A DNA stretch of 64,000 bases, from the NCBI GenBank assembly GCA_965237675.1, contig OZ250150.1, forward strand, positions 2,560,001-2,624,000, written 5' to 3'. This document shows, one piece after another, positions 9,641-20,600 of the stretch. The notes below the pieces were generated by a model that was given only the letters and a program-made list of their open reading frames with translations, did not search any database and was not told the DNA's origin. Numbering within the stretch: the stretch's first letter is position 1; every line of letters starts with the position of its first letter. The DNA comes from Candidatus Latescibacterota bacterium (lineage in GTDB: Bacteria > Latescibacterota > UBA2968 > GCA-2709665). The position numbers were made by a program, and so were the translations under genes.

Positions 9641-10672
9641 ATGACAAACTGTCGATACATACCGGGATTGAGCTGTGTAACCCTCCTCGTCTGTCTAATC
9701 TTGGCACATCAACCGGCGTGCGCGGGAGAGGGCGCCGGGGATCCGGCGTATCAGTTGGTCAGCCGGCAGGAAATACTGGAGGCGATGCGGCAGGCCGATG
9801 GTTACGACCCGACCGCGACGACGAACGGCGCCCGGTTCCAATGGGAAGTGGTGCTCGATCTTGCCCGGCGTGCAGAGCAGCGCGATCCGGAGGGACCGCC
9901 GCTGTTTATCAACGCCGAGGACTGGTATCGGGCGTTTGTGGAGGTGACGGGACGCACGGATAGCGAAATGCCCCTGTACGCCCGGCTAACCCATCAATAC
10001 GAACAGCATATGGACGTGGAATATCGAATGGATCGGGTGATCCGGAAGGTTATCGAGGGACCGACGCCTCAATTCGCATTGAATGTGCGAATCTGGTGGG
10101 AGGACCGGCCGGGCAAGCCGGATCGCTACTCGTACCTGGATACGCTCGCAACACCCAATCTCAAGGTTACCAATCACCGAGTGATGGCCTATCGGTTGCT
10201 GGATCTTGGAGATTGGTTGGTTTGCGATAAGATTGAGGGGATTACGGGGCGTCCGACGTCAGGTTTGTTGGGGCTTATTTTTCGGATTCTCGGCGACGGA
10301 CACCTTATACACTCTCAAATGGCAATTTCAAACGACGGTCTCCAGATTGTTCGCGGGACGTCGAAAAAGGGGTTCTTGAGCAAGACGACCACCGCAACGA
10401 TCTATCCGGATGGCGAAATGATCAAGGATCTGCCGGAAAGCCGGCCCGACCTGTTGGAACTGAAGCAACGGATCAAGAAGCCACTGGAAGTCGATTACGT
10501 AAAACTTCCTGACGACAGGATTCGGGTCCCAAAAAGCCCTGCTTTGGAGGAAACCGATGGACGGGCAGACAAGCGACGCGAGATACACGATGGGACGCAG
10601 CAAGGAGGAAGAGGAACGGTTGATTCATCAGTCGCAACTGTACGACGCCATCACCCGCCGGTTTCTCAATGA
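9641..10672 (+). CDS. Secreted hypothetical protein
   Basis: 343-aa ORF with a signal peptide-like N-terminus (..LLVCLILAHQPACA); the last ~50 aa look like read-through. Confidence 0.7.
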   Translation: MTNCRYIPGLSCVTLLVCLILAHQPACAGEGAGDPAYQLVSRQEILEAMRQADGYDPTATTNGARFQWEVVLDLARRAEQRDPEGPPLFINAEDWYRAFVEVTGRTDSEMPLYARLTHQYEQHMDVEYRMDRVIRKVIEGPTPQFALNVRIWWEDRPGKPDRYSYLDTLATPNLKVTNHRVMAYRLLDLGDWLVCDKIEGITGRPTSGLLGLIFRILGDGHLIHSQMAISNDGLQIVRGTSKKGFLSKTTTATIYPDGEMIKDLPESRPDLLELKQRIKKPLEVDYVKLPDDRIRVPKSPALEETDGRADKRREIHDGTQQGGRGTVDSSVATVRRHHPPVSQ

Positions 10673-10680
10673 AGCATGCG
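10557..10680 (+). pseudogene. N-terminal fragment of a class I SAM methyltransferase
   Basis: GGAGG RBS; MDGQTSDARYTMGRSKEEEERLIHQSQLYDAITRRFL ends before the GxG motif, next to a REP. Confidence 0.55.
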
Positions 10681-10698
10681 TTGGACGCGGGTGGTGCC

Positions 10699-10726
10699 GT
10701 AGGGGCAACGCATGCGTTGCCCCTAC
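10699..10726. repeat. GTAG-family REP, perfect 28-bp palindrome
   Basis: GTAGGGGCAACGCATGCGTTGCCCCTAC. Confidence 0.85.
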
Positions 10727-10789
10727 ATTCGTGTTGTCAACACATTAATCGATCCGCGTCCTCTGAATCCTCCCTGACAGGTGTCTTTT

Positions 10790-12067
10790 TCAGATCGGCC
10801 GTCCGGCGGCGCGGACACCTTTTTCTTCGTCAACCCGTCGTAGAATCAGACTACCCACGATAAACAGCACCGCCACGATCGAGATGCCGACCCTTTGGGA
10901 CTGAAAAGCGCGGGTGAGTTCGCCCAGGGCAAGAGGGCCGAGAAAAGCCGTGGCTTTGCCTGAAAAGGCAAACAACCCGAAAAACTCGTTCTCCCTTTCC
11001 GGTGGAACGAATCGGCTCAGGAGCGAACGGCTGGCCGACTGGTTCGGCCCGGCAAAAAAACCCGCCATGATGCCGGAAATCCAGAAGACCGTCTTGCTGT
11101 GGGCGAAGACGGCCATCAGCGTTGCCGCGATGAGAAAGAGGAGGCTGATCTGGATGGTCCGTTTGCCGCCCAACCGGTCATCGAGGAAGCCTAGCGCAAA
11201 CGCTCCGGTACCCGCTGCGACGTTCAGGACAATGCCGAAGACCATGATCTCGTTGAACGTGAAACCGAACGTACCTGCCGCGTAAATGCCGCCGAAGGCG
11301 AAGATGGTGATGAGTCCGTCATTGTAGACGAGACGGGCGATAAGTAATTTGATAATCTCCCGATATTGACCGGCTTCCCTAAACGTCCTGACGAGTTGGC
11401 GATAGGTGGACGACAGGATCCCGCGCGTTCGAGTCGCGCGGGTTTTTTTTTCTTGAACCCAGAGGAAGATGGGGACGCTGAAAACCGCAAACCAGACGGC
11501 GACGAGCAGATTGGTTGCCCGGATATTCGCGCCGGCATCTCTTGTGATGCCGAACCATGGGGTTTCCGGGCTGACGAATCCGATCATGGCGATGCCCATC
11601 GCCATGAGGCCGCCTATGTAGCCCAGCCCCCACCCGTACCCGGAGATGCGGCCGATGTATTTCCCTGGCGCGATGTCCGGCAGAAACGCGTTATAAAAGA
11701 CATTTCCCATTTCAAAGGCGAAGTTCGCTACGACGAACCAGAGCAGAGCCGTCATGACCTGGCCCGGCAATGCCGTGTACAGGCCGGTGGTGGCAATGAC
11801 TGCGACTACCGTGGAGAGAAGGAGGAAGCCCTTTCGGAAACCGCCGCGGTCCGCAAGGGCGCCGGCCAGGGGCGAGAACAGCGCCACGGCGAGGGCGGAG
11901 AAAGTGACCCCTCTGGACCACAGCGTCGTGCCGATGATTTCGTCTGGCGCAAGGGACTTTACAAAGTACGTGGAATAGATGAAGGTGACTACGAGGGTGG
12001 TGAAGGCGGAGTTGGCAAAGTCGTACATTGCCCATGACGCGACGGTTTTTTTGTCAATTTTATTCAA
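10790..12067 (-). CDS. MFS transporter (UMF1/YxiO-like)
   Basis: Motifs SWAMYDFANSAFTT, YNAFLPDI, GRISGYGWGLGY, QSASRS, EFFGLF; about 12 hydrophobic segments. Confidence 0.93.
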   Translation of the reverse strand: MNKIDKKTVASWAMYDFANSAFTTLVVTFIYSTYFVKSLAPDEIIGTTLWSRGVTFSALAVALFSPLAGALADRGGFRKGFLLLSTVVAVIATTGLYTALPGQVMTALLWFVVANFAFEMGNVFYNAFLPDIAPGKYIGRISGYGWGLGYIGGLMAMGIAMIGFVSPETPWFGITRDAGANIRATNLLVAVWFAVFSVPIFLWVQEKKTRATRTRGILSSTYRQLVRTFREAGQYREIIKLLIARLVYNDGLITIFAFGGIYAAGTFGFTFNEIMVFGIVLNVAAGTGAFALGFLDDRLGGKRTIQISLLFLIAATLMAVFAHSKTVFWISGIMAGFFAGPNQSASRSLLSRFVPPERENEFFGLFAFSGKATAFLGPLALGELTRAFQSQRVGISIVAVLFIVGSLILRRVDEEKGVRAAGRPI

Positions 12068-12458
12068 ATGTGGGTGAACCCTTCGGATTGGTATCTAATC
12101 AAGCGGTAAGAGGCACGATTTAGAGGGGAAAGGCGGACGATAAGTAACGCTCCGCGGCCATGAAGTCATTCCCTTAACTTTTTATTATTAATTTTCTCCG
12201 TCCTTTTTCTTGTACGCCCAAGAAAAAGGACCAAAAAGAACGGCGCCGCTCGGCGCGGAGCCGGTTTTTCCGCGAATCTCCTTAGTGGAGAAATCGTGAG
12301 ACATTGCCCTGAGACCGCCTGAGTATACACGAGGCGACACTGCCGGACGGATCCGCGCGGAAAAACCCCCAACGCCACCACCGGTCGCACGAGGGATAAA
12401 TCTCAGGAGCGGGCGAACCCCTCTAAAACGAAAACTGCGAGTTTTTCCGCGCGGACAC

Positions 12459-12485
12459 GAGGGCAACCCCAAGGGTTGCCCCTAC
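12459..12485 (-). repeat. GTAG-family REP
   Basis: Minus strand GTAGGGGCAACCCTTGGGGTTGCCCTC, same arms as 10699-10726. Confidence 0.75.
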
Positions 12486-12584
12486 ATAAACATTGTAGAA
12501 GGCGCAGACGTCAATCGATTCGCTCTTTGCTGTTCGCTTTACGCTGATAACTGACGGCTGACAGCTGGTTTTGCTTCAGTACTA

Positions 12585-13806
12585 GTACCCATTGACGGCT
12601 AAAGCGCCGCGTAGTCTGGGTACAGCTTTCTCAGTTTGATCCGAGCATCGTTGGTCGTGAACCGCCAATGGACAGCCTTGCTTTTGTTGTTGCGATCGTT
12701 CGTCCAGGCGGAAATCTGCTCTTTGAGGGATTCAATATCGGGGATGCGTTCCTTCAAGCATTGGTTGCTCAAGACGCTGAGTTCGATCTCGGCGATGTTG
12801 AGCCAGCTCCCGTGTTTGGGCGTGTAGTGGATTTCGAGACGCTTGGCCAGACGGCGAGCTTCTTCGGGTGAGAACGCCTTGTAGAGTGCCGCGGGCGTGT
12901 GCGTGTTGAGGTTATCACACACCAAGACGACGGTTTCGGCTTCACGGTAGTGAGTATCAAGGAGATCCTTGATCTCTTGGGCCCAGTCCACCGCGGTCTT
13001 GCGTTGTCTTACACGGACCTTGCGCCAGCCCGCCAGCGGTTCGGTGAACATGAAGTTCACGGCGGTTCCGTTACGTTCATACTCGTAATCGTAGCGTTCA
13101 GGTTTGCCCGGACGTGTTGCGATCACAGTACGCGTCTCCCTGACCAACTGGACCGGGTGTTCGTCCATATTGACAACGGGCCTCTTGGCGTCGTACGGCC
13201 GCTGATAGACGTCCAGGATATCCTCCATCGCGGCGACAAACGCGGCGTTTTGCTTGGGCGGAATCACCCAGCACGTTCTCAGGTGAGGCCTAAGTTTGTT
13301 TTTTTTAGCGTCCGCTGCACCGTTCGGTATGAGATGCTATCGATGATCTCCAGGGCCACGAGTTCATCGGCCAGCAGCTTCAGCGTCCACCGCTTATGTC
13401 CCTTTGGAGGTTCACTGCAAGCCAACGCGATCAATCGGGCTTCCTTAGCACCATCCAGCTTTCTTTCGGTGGGAGGATGGGCTCGCTTCTTTCGCTCAAG
13501 GGCCGAATCCAGGCCCTCCAACACAAAACGCTTCCGGATGCCCTCAACCGTAGACCGATTGCACGAAAAGGCCTCCGCGATCTGCCGATCCAGCCAGGCC
13601 GGACCCTCTGCATCGGCCTTGAGAAGTACGTGGGCGTGCCTTATTCGGTAGGCTTGCGTCTTGCCTTTGCTTACCAGATCCTGCAGCCGCTCCCGTTCTT
13701 CGGGCGTCAGACGTACAACGTATTTCTTCGGCATGCCGATGGCTCCTTCGTCTTGAGGGGAGACATCAAACTATAGGCACGCGCAGTATTAGAAGTCAAC
13801 AGGTAC
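12585..13806 (-). mobile_element. IS630-family insertion sequence with TA duplication in a CTAG target
   Basis: Ends TA|GTACCCATTGAC and GTCAACAGGTAC|TA; two-ORF transposase inside. Confidence 0.92.
12599..13734 (-). CDS. IS630 transposase, OrfA 13279-13734 and OrfB joined by a -1 frameshift
   Basis: HTH MPKKYVVRLTPEER; A8 run at 13299-13306 gives LKKNKLRPHLRTCWVIPPKQN; DDE motifs MDEHP, CDNLNTH, SWLNIAEIE. Confidence 0.92.
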
Positions 13807-16688
13807 TAGAATTCCGCTGTCAGGCCGACGGATAAGAGCCGACCGATTTCGGGGGCTCCAACGAATTCACGGTGTTTCTGGTTGAACATGTTGGATGCGT
13901 TCACTTTGAGCGCGACGGTTCCATCTGTAATCATGGACGGCAGTTCGTACCTCACGTTCGCGTCGAAGACCAGGGAGGAATTGACGTTGCCGATGTAGAC
14001 ACCCGAGTTCATCGGGAACCCGCTGCGGCCACGGAGGCGAAACCCGAACCGGACCCCGGAATCCTGCATTTTGGCGGTCGCGCCGAGCGTGAATTTGTTG
14101 CGCGGGGCGTTGAGCGCGATGTCCGCGATACCGCCCAGATTCTTGAACAGGTCCTTGTTGACGTGTGAATAGCTGCCCGAAAATGTCCACGTGTCATCCG
14201 CGTAGTAGGCGACGCTGACGTCCACGCCGTAAAAGTCGACGTCGCCGAAGTTGCGGAAGGTCAACATAATCGCATTGGGATCGGAGGATTGCAGGGGCGT
14301 CACCGTGCCGAAGGGGATGAATGCGGCGCCGTTATTATTTGTTCCCGCCACGAAGAGACGGGTGAGTTCGTCTACGGGGGTGTTGTTTCCGTTGCCGCCC
14401 TCACCAGGAGAATCCAGGAATGCGAGCGCGCCGGCCAGTGCGGCCGCGGACGGGTGTTGAAGGGCCTGAGCGATAGCGGCGGAAAGTGAGACCGAAAGAG
14501 CGGCTGGATCCAGGAATACGTTGGGCGTTTCCACGCGCAGTGGACCGACAAAGTCGTGGGTGCGGGTACGGTAGACGTCTGCCGCAAGCACGAGACGGTT
14601 CCCGAAGATGCCCTTGTAACCCACTTCATAGGTTTCCGTAATGGTGGGCCTGATTTTGTCGATGTCCCGTACGGTGGACGCTCCCAGGTCGGGGACCGGA
14701 TCGAAGGCTGCAGTCGAGGGGTTCAGAACCCTGAGGGTGTTCCTCAGGCCCGGAAGGGTTTGAGGGATGATATTCTGAAAAGCGACCGCCAGCCCCTCCA
14801 CCCGCTGGGCCGCCATGGCCGGAATCTGTTCCGGGGGGACCCCGGCGGCCGTGAGTAGTGCGGTCAACAGTTCCGTTGCTTTCGCCTTTAGTGATGGCAG
14901 GGCCGCAGCCATAACGGCGCTTCGCCCGATACCCCACATCACATTGCTGAAACGTGCGTCGTTCATCCCGATCTGGTGTGAAGGCGACAGGCCGATAACC
15001 TGAGCGAATGGCGAACGGAAATAGGGAACGCCGCTGGCATCCCTGCTGAAGGTGAATCCATCCTCGGTTCCCTGTGTGCGGATATCGAAGCTCGGGCTGA
15101 AACCCAGGACCGGTTGAAAGGCGCGACCCGTACCGAAGGCGTCCCTGGCGTGGGCGAGGTCCAGGAAGAGATTGTTTGGGGATGGCGTACCGAATGCCCT
15201 GTTGTACGTCAGCCTGAAGGTTTGCAAGGGGTCCGGTTTCAGAACAACGGCGGCCCGGGGAGAGAAGACACGCTCTTCAACGTGGTTGTGGTCGTCGTAC
15301 CGGGCGGCCGCTACCAGCGTCAGATATTCGTTAAGCGTGCTCTCGCCCTGCACGTAGACCCCGAATTCGTTGATATCGTCTCGGGTTTCATTGGAACCGT
15401 TGATGGTACCACCTGTATTCGGGCGCGTGAACAGGACGTCCACCCCGTAGGTAATCCGGTTACGGTCCGCCACGCTCAGGCCATGCTGGGCCTGCAGGAC
15501 CGTAAAGGAGGACTTGTCCACGATGGGCGCGTTTGTCCGCAGGAGTTTGGTATCCCGGGCGTCGTTGCCGTTGTGAAAGGCCTGCACGAAGATGTCCTTG
15601 AAAAGCAGGCGACCCTGGAGGGAATAATTGGTCCAGCCATCGGCCTGGCCCGCGCCGATACCCGTCATTTCAATACTGTTGATTTGCGCGAAGCCGGCGG
15701 AAAGGATCCCCGTGAGATCCTCGGTTGGACGAACGTCGAGTCGCAGTTCCCCGCTGATGCGGCGCACATCATAGTCTCTGGGATTCCTGCCGCGCAGTCG
15801 CACCTCCTCCGGGTCAGTGTATTCCCAGTCCGTTCCGGAAAAGTACTGGCCCGAAAGTTTGACACCGACTTTTTCGGCTGTGGCGGCGTGCCTGAAGGAG
15901 AGTTTGCGCAGGTCGCGTTCGCCGCCCATGACGCTGACAGAGGTGCCTTCGGAGCCGAAGGGCGACCGGGTGATGATGTGCATCACGCCGTTCGCGCTGT
16001 TTGGACCATAGAGGGCCGACCCGGGTCCCAGCACGACCTCGACGCGTTCGATGTCGTGGTTTGTAACGGAAATGAAGTGGTGGGCGTTGAACCGGAGAGA
16101 AGGCACGCGCGTAATGCGGTTGTCCACCAGTGTAAGCAGCGTTCCGGAGAAGACGTTGTTAAAGCCGCGCGTGACGGTGTTGGCCTGGACCAGGCCGGTC
16201 TGAGCGTTGTCCACGCCCGCAAGGCCCACGATGTAATCCGCGGCGCTCAATCCGCGCTGAGCCCGCACGGCGTCGGATTCGACGACCGCGACCGAGGCCG
16301 GCGCATCCAGGACTTTTTCCCGCCGGCGGGATGCGGAAACGATGATCTGGTCTCCATAGAGAACCTCGACGTCCAGACTGAAGTCGAGGTTAGTCTCGCC
16401 GCCGTCGGATATCCGGACGTTGCTCCGGGTCGCGGTCTCGTATCCGACGAAGGAAACCGAGACTTCATAGACGCCGTCCGGCAGACCTGCGGCCTCGTAC
16501 CTGCCGTTCACGTCGGAGACGACTTTGATGGGAGCCTGTAGCGCCGCGCTCTGGACAATAACGTTGGCGCCGTACAGAGCATCGCTCCCCGCACCGGTGA
16601 TATGTCCCTTGATAGAGCCCGTGCCCTGCGCGAAGGCGGGAGCGACGAAGCACAATAACAGGGCCAGGGCCGTTTTTGCGGATGTCAT
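13806..16688 (-). CDS. TonB-dependent receptor with N-terminal carboxypeptidase-regulatory-like domain
   Basis: Signal peptide MTSAK..AFAQ; VSVSFVGYE; IIVSASRR (TonB box region); plug IERVEVVLGPGSALYG; FSPRAA; C-terminal Phe. Confidence 0.95.
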   Translation of the reverse strand: MTSAKTALALLLCFVAPAFAQGTGSIKGHITGAGSDALYGANVIVQSAALQAPIKVVSDVNGRYEAAGLPDGVYEVSVSFVGYETATRSNVRISDGGETNLDFSLDVEVLYGDQIIVSASRRREKVLDAPASVAVVESDAVRAQRGLSAADYIVGLAGVDNAQTGLVQANTVTRGFNNVFSGTLLTLVDNRITRVPSLRFNAHHFISVTNHDIERVEVVLGPGSALYGPNSANGVMHIITRSPFGSEGTSVSVMGGERDLRKLSFRHAATAEKVGVKLSGQYFSGTDWEYTDPEEVRLRGRNPRDYDVRRISGELRLDVRPTEDLTGILSAGFAQINSIEMTGIGAGQADGWTNYSLQGRLLFKDIFVQAFHNGNDARDTKLLRTNAPIVDKSSFTVLQAQHGLSVADRNRITYGVDVLFTRPNTGGTINGSNETRDDINEFGVYVQGESTLNEYLTLVAAARYDDHNHVEERVFSPRAAVVLKPDPLQTFRLTYNRAFGTPSPNNLFLDLAHARDAFGTGRAFQPVLGFSPSFDIRTQGTEDGFTFSRDASGVPYFRSPFAQVIGLSPSHQIGMNDARFSNVMWGIGRSAVMAAALPSLKAKATELLTALLTAAGVPPEQIPAMAAQRVEGLAVAFQNIIPQTLPGLRNTLRVLNPSTAAFDPVPDLGASTVRDIDKIRPTITETYEVGYKGIFGNRLVLAADVYRTRTHDFVGPLRVETPNVFLDPAALSVSLSAAIAQALQHPSAAALAGALAFLDSPGEGGNGNNTPVDELTRLFVAGTNNNGAAFIPFGTVTPLQSSDPNAIMLTFRNFGDVDFYGVDVSVAYYADDTWTFSGSYSHVNKDLFKNLGGIADIALNAPRNKFTLGATAKMQDSGVRFGFRLRGRSGFPMNSGVYIGNVNSSLVFDANVRYELPSMITDGTVALKVNASNMFNQKHREFVGAPEIGRLLSVGLTAEF

Positions 16689-16746
16689 ACGTTCACCCCT
16701 TACGGTTGAAAATCTGAGTTTTGTACTCGCGTCTGGCGTTCGAAAT

Positions 16747-17334
16747 CTAGCAGGAATCAGCTGCGGGTTTGACATCGACTTCAGCATCCGGAACGGTCAG
16801 GGCTGCTCTGATTGCACCCGCCAGCGGTTCCGCGGAAGCCAGATACTGGCGCGTGCTCGAGAAGACGCCGCCGCCGATCTTTTCGCCGGGCTGTCTCGGT
16901 ATCAACTGAAAGTGCAGATGGGACCGCTTTCCGGAACACATGGTGACCTGATAGACTTTGTCGCAGCCTGTAACCGTCTTCAGTGCCCGGGTCAGTCGGA
17001 GCATAACCGTCATTAACTCACTGCCGAACTCGTCCGACAATGCGGCGATATCCGGGACGTGTGGTTTGGCGATCACGATCGTGTGGCCAAGGCCGCGCGG
17101 GTAACGTTCGAGAATCGCGAAACATCGCTCGTCTTTGAGCAGCAATTCGCCGTCACCGTTCGACGTGGCGTCTCCCGTGGCGATTTCTTGACAGGTCGCG
17201 CAGACCCCCCGCTCGCGGAGCCGGATCCATCTCCGTCCGCGCTCGGCGCGCTCTTGCAGTTCGTGCTCGGTGGCAGGTCGTACACAGCTCTGTAGACGAG
17301 CGAAATTCGCCATCGCCGGTTTGCTATCTCCCAT
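16747..17334 (-). CDS. HIT-family nucleotide hydrolase/transferase (HxHxQ variant)
   Basis: Motifs CATC, YPRGLGHTIVIAKPH, SHLHFQLIPR. Confidence 0.85.
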   Translation of the reverse strand: MGDSKPAMANFARLQSCVRPATEHELQERAERGRRWIRLRERGVCATCQEIATGDATSNGDGELLLKDERCFAILERYPRGLGHTIVIAKPHVPDIAALSDEFGSELMTVMLRLTRALKTVTGCDKVYQVTMCSGKRSHLHFQLIPRQPGEKIGGGVFSSTRQYLASAEPLAGAIRAALTVPDAEVDVKPAADSC

Positions 17335-17641
17335 CAATTCGCCAGTGTCGCAAATTGCGACGGTTAGTTTTCTTAATATATGGCATTTTATTATTGGTGT
17401 GTGAAGAAATCAACACGTCGAGGACCGTCTATCGAGTTTGCGGGGAGAATTGGGAAATGAAACGAGTTGCCTGTGTTGTGTCCCGGAAATAGATTGCCGA
17501 AATTCGGCCGACGAGCGAGGGCAACCCACGCGACGAACATCATTGAGCCTGCACCCCGAGCCGCTCCCTGAGCCAGCGCAGGCAACGCACGCAATGACCA
17601 CGCATTGACAAGCTCAGTGCACGCAGCGCACGCGAGAAGGT

Positions 17642-20600
17642 TTACGGAAGCACGATTTTTCCCAGGTATTCCCTGAGTTTGGGCGGAACGTGCTTTCGTA
17701 TCAGGCTCTTCTCCAACGTCCAGGCCGTTTCCGCGTCGAGCTTCTTTTCAAAGTGAACTGATTTTCCTTCGTACCGAGCGACGGGTTCCCCATCGCGAAA
17801 CAGGATTCGGTTTCCGGGAATCGCCGGGATACGCCGGCCCGGCGTAACGACACCGACCAGGTTGACCGGATCGCAGGCGCTGACCGATACGAGTTCGCCC
17901 CGTCTCTTCTCCCGTTTCAGGGACCGGATGACGGTAATCGCCGCTGGAAGTGCGTACTGCTCTCCCCATCTCTCCACAAATCGGCCTCCCCGGACCTCGC
18001 CGCGATCCTCCATCCGCCTCAAGACCCGGACGAGGTCGCGCCACGGCGGTATGCCGCTCTCTCTGGCCAGTACCCGTCTGAAGACAACCCCGTAACGTTT
18101 CAGAAGAATTCGTGCGCATTGTTCGATATCGGCCTGATCCTCGAATTCGGGTTCGATCAGGGACCACCGGCCCGCCTGTTCCATGCCGAAGACCGGCCCC
18201 CGATTCCGCCGGGACCGCACCTTGAATTTCTCCGGTATCAGAAGCGCCCGCAGCCCCGCGAAGCTGTCGCACGTCAGCTTTCCGGCCGCCACCAACTCGG
18301 CAATGGCGCTCTCGATCTCGCTCCTGAGCATTTTCGACCTGGCAAGGATGTCGTGGTAAAACAGCGCGCCGCCGGCTTTCAGACACTCGAATACCCGTTG
18401 CGCGGACGGGGTCAGGACCGGCGTGCACGACTCCGCAGGGCGGAACGGCCAGGCCCCGAACGTGGTTCGATTGACCAGGGTGATGGGCGTGGTGCGGATG
18501 GGGGTATTTCCCGCCCTGGCGCTTTGTGTCCTGAGATAACGGCCCCACATGGTCTTTCCCGATAAGCAACAGGTATCCAGCCATAAGTGGTCGTAGTCCT
18601 TGATGCGCGAAGGCAGGACGTCGCTCTCCCACGCAATGGCGGGACAGGAGAATCCGTCGAGTTGATCCAGAACTTCCTTAAGCGCTTCGGGGCCTCCTTT
18701 CCGGGTGTCCTCCGTCAGGTTGTGCCAACGGAGTAGAAACCGCACGTAATCCGACGAGGAAATGGGTCTGATTGCCCGACGCAGCTTTTCGAGCGTATAT
18801 CGGTGGATACGCGCAAGCAGGCGGCGCTCGCACCATTCCGTTTCGGCGTCGGAAGGCAGGTCCGGGGAGAAGTGGCCTCTGATCGCGAAGCCCTCGGATT
18901 CCAGTGCGTGAAGAACCTGGTCAATCCGCTGCCTGGAAAGGCCCATATCCCTTGCGATTCGGGACGCGGTTGTCGGCCCCAGAAGCTCTATCCTGCCTCT
19001 GACCACGTCCGTGAGTACCTGTTCCGGATCCTCCGACGAAAATTCCCGGATGGAGTCGTGAACCGCCGTTGCGCCGCGTCCGACGGCTTCACCGTACAGA
19101 ACCTCGAATTGAGGAATCCTCTCCACGGCAATCCAGAGTTTCGGTCCGTCCCTCGGGTCGGCGGGTACCGCCTGACCGGACTCCACGAGCGACGCCAGGA
19201 GCGGGCGCCAGGTTCCATCGCCGCTTTCCATCACTTCCGTGTCGGTCAAGAACCCGTGCATCACCAGAACGTCATACAACTCATCCGCGTCTGTAACCGC
19301 GGGCCAGGCCTCCGCTTGCACCGCCTCGATCGCGCCTTTCTCGAGCTTGCCCAGCTTCCTGGCGTCTTCGGGTTCGAGCCGCCTGCGTGTTCGAACGGCC
19401 TGCACCCGCCTTTCCTCCAGGGGAGCGTCATCCAGAAACGCATACGGCCGCGCGTTGAGAATGCCTTCGGACATCGGGGAGGGTTCACGGAGATCGCGGG
19501 CGGACACTTCGATTTCACCGTTGTGAATCCGCTGGAGGAGACGTTCCAGAGCATCCACGTTCATCGCCTCGTGAAGGCAGTCGTGAATGGTCTGGTATAC
19601 GAGGGGGTGGTCCGGCACCTCGCGGTCGCCCGGGATGTTTTCCAGACAGGCGAGCTGGTCAGGGAATATCAGGGCCAGCAGGTCCTCAGCGTCGGAACGC
19701 TGGATCTGAGGGGGAACGCGTTCTCCGCCCCTTCGCCTGAGCACAGCCAGCGCCGTGCAGGCGTTCCAGCGCCATCGCGCCTGGAACATCGGCGCATCCA
19801 GCAGGGCCTGTACCAGAACCTCCCGAACCGTCCGGTCGTTCAGATAGCCGACCACTTCCTCAAGAGGGAAACTGTGCGTGGGCCCGAGGGAGAGGACCAG
19901 ACTCTCTTCGTTCGCCGCCGCCTGGAGTTCGAAGTTGAACTTGCGGCAGAATCGTTTTCGAAGGGCGAGCCCCCACGCCCGGTTCAACCGGTTTCCGAAA
20001 ACCGAATGAATGACGAGGTGCTGGTCGCCCACCTCGTCGAAGAAACGCTCCAGAACGATGTGCTTCTGCGACGGTACCAGGTCCAGAGATGCCTTTGTGG
20101 CAGCCAGATACGTGACCACCTGATCGGCCGCATCCGCGCTTGCGCCGGCCTCGTCCGTCAGCCAGGTGACGGCGTCCGTTTTCCATTCTCCGGATCCGTT
20201 TTCGTCGAGTTCATCGAGGTTTATCCGCGCAGACACTTCTTCGCGGACACGGGAGACCGACGTTGAGAGTTCCGCGGATCTGCCCGGGGCTTCGCCGATC
20301 CAGAACGGCATCGTGGGGGGAAGGCCGTCTGCGTCTTCGACACGCACCTTTCCGGTTTCCACCTTGAGGATGCGCCACGAAGCCGTGCCCAACTGAAAAA
20401 TGTCTCCCGGCAGGCTCTCCACGGCGAAATCCTCGTGTACGGAGCCGATCTGGACCCCCGACGGTTCGAGGCGCACGTCGTAGTCGAACTGGTCGGGGAT
20501 GGTTCCTCCCGACACGGTCGCGTTGAGACGGGCGCCTTTCTTGGCCCTCAATGTCCGGGTGACCGGATTGAAGTGGAGGTAGGACCTTCGCGTGCCCCTT

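Noticed and set aside
15114-20266. Long plus-strand ORFs (475 aa, 487 aa) and similar shadows at 7470-8711, 37076-38113, 48612-49772, 55854-56957 and 58825-59979
   Set aside because: They lie opposite well-supported genes in a GC-rich genome and carry no motifs.
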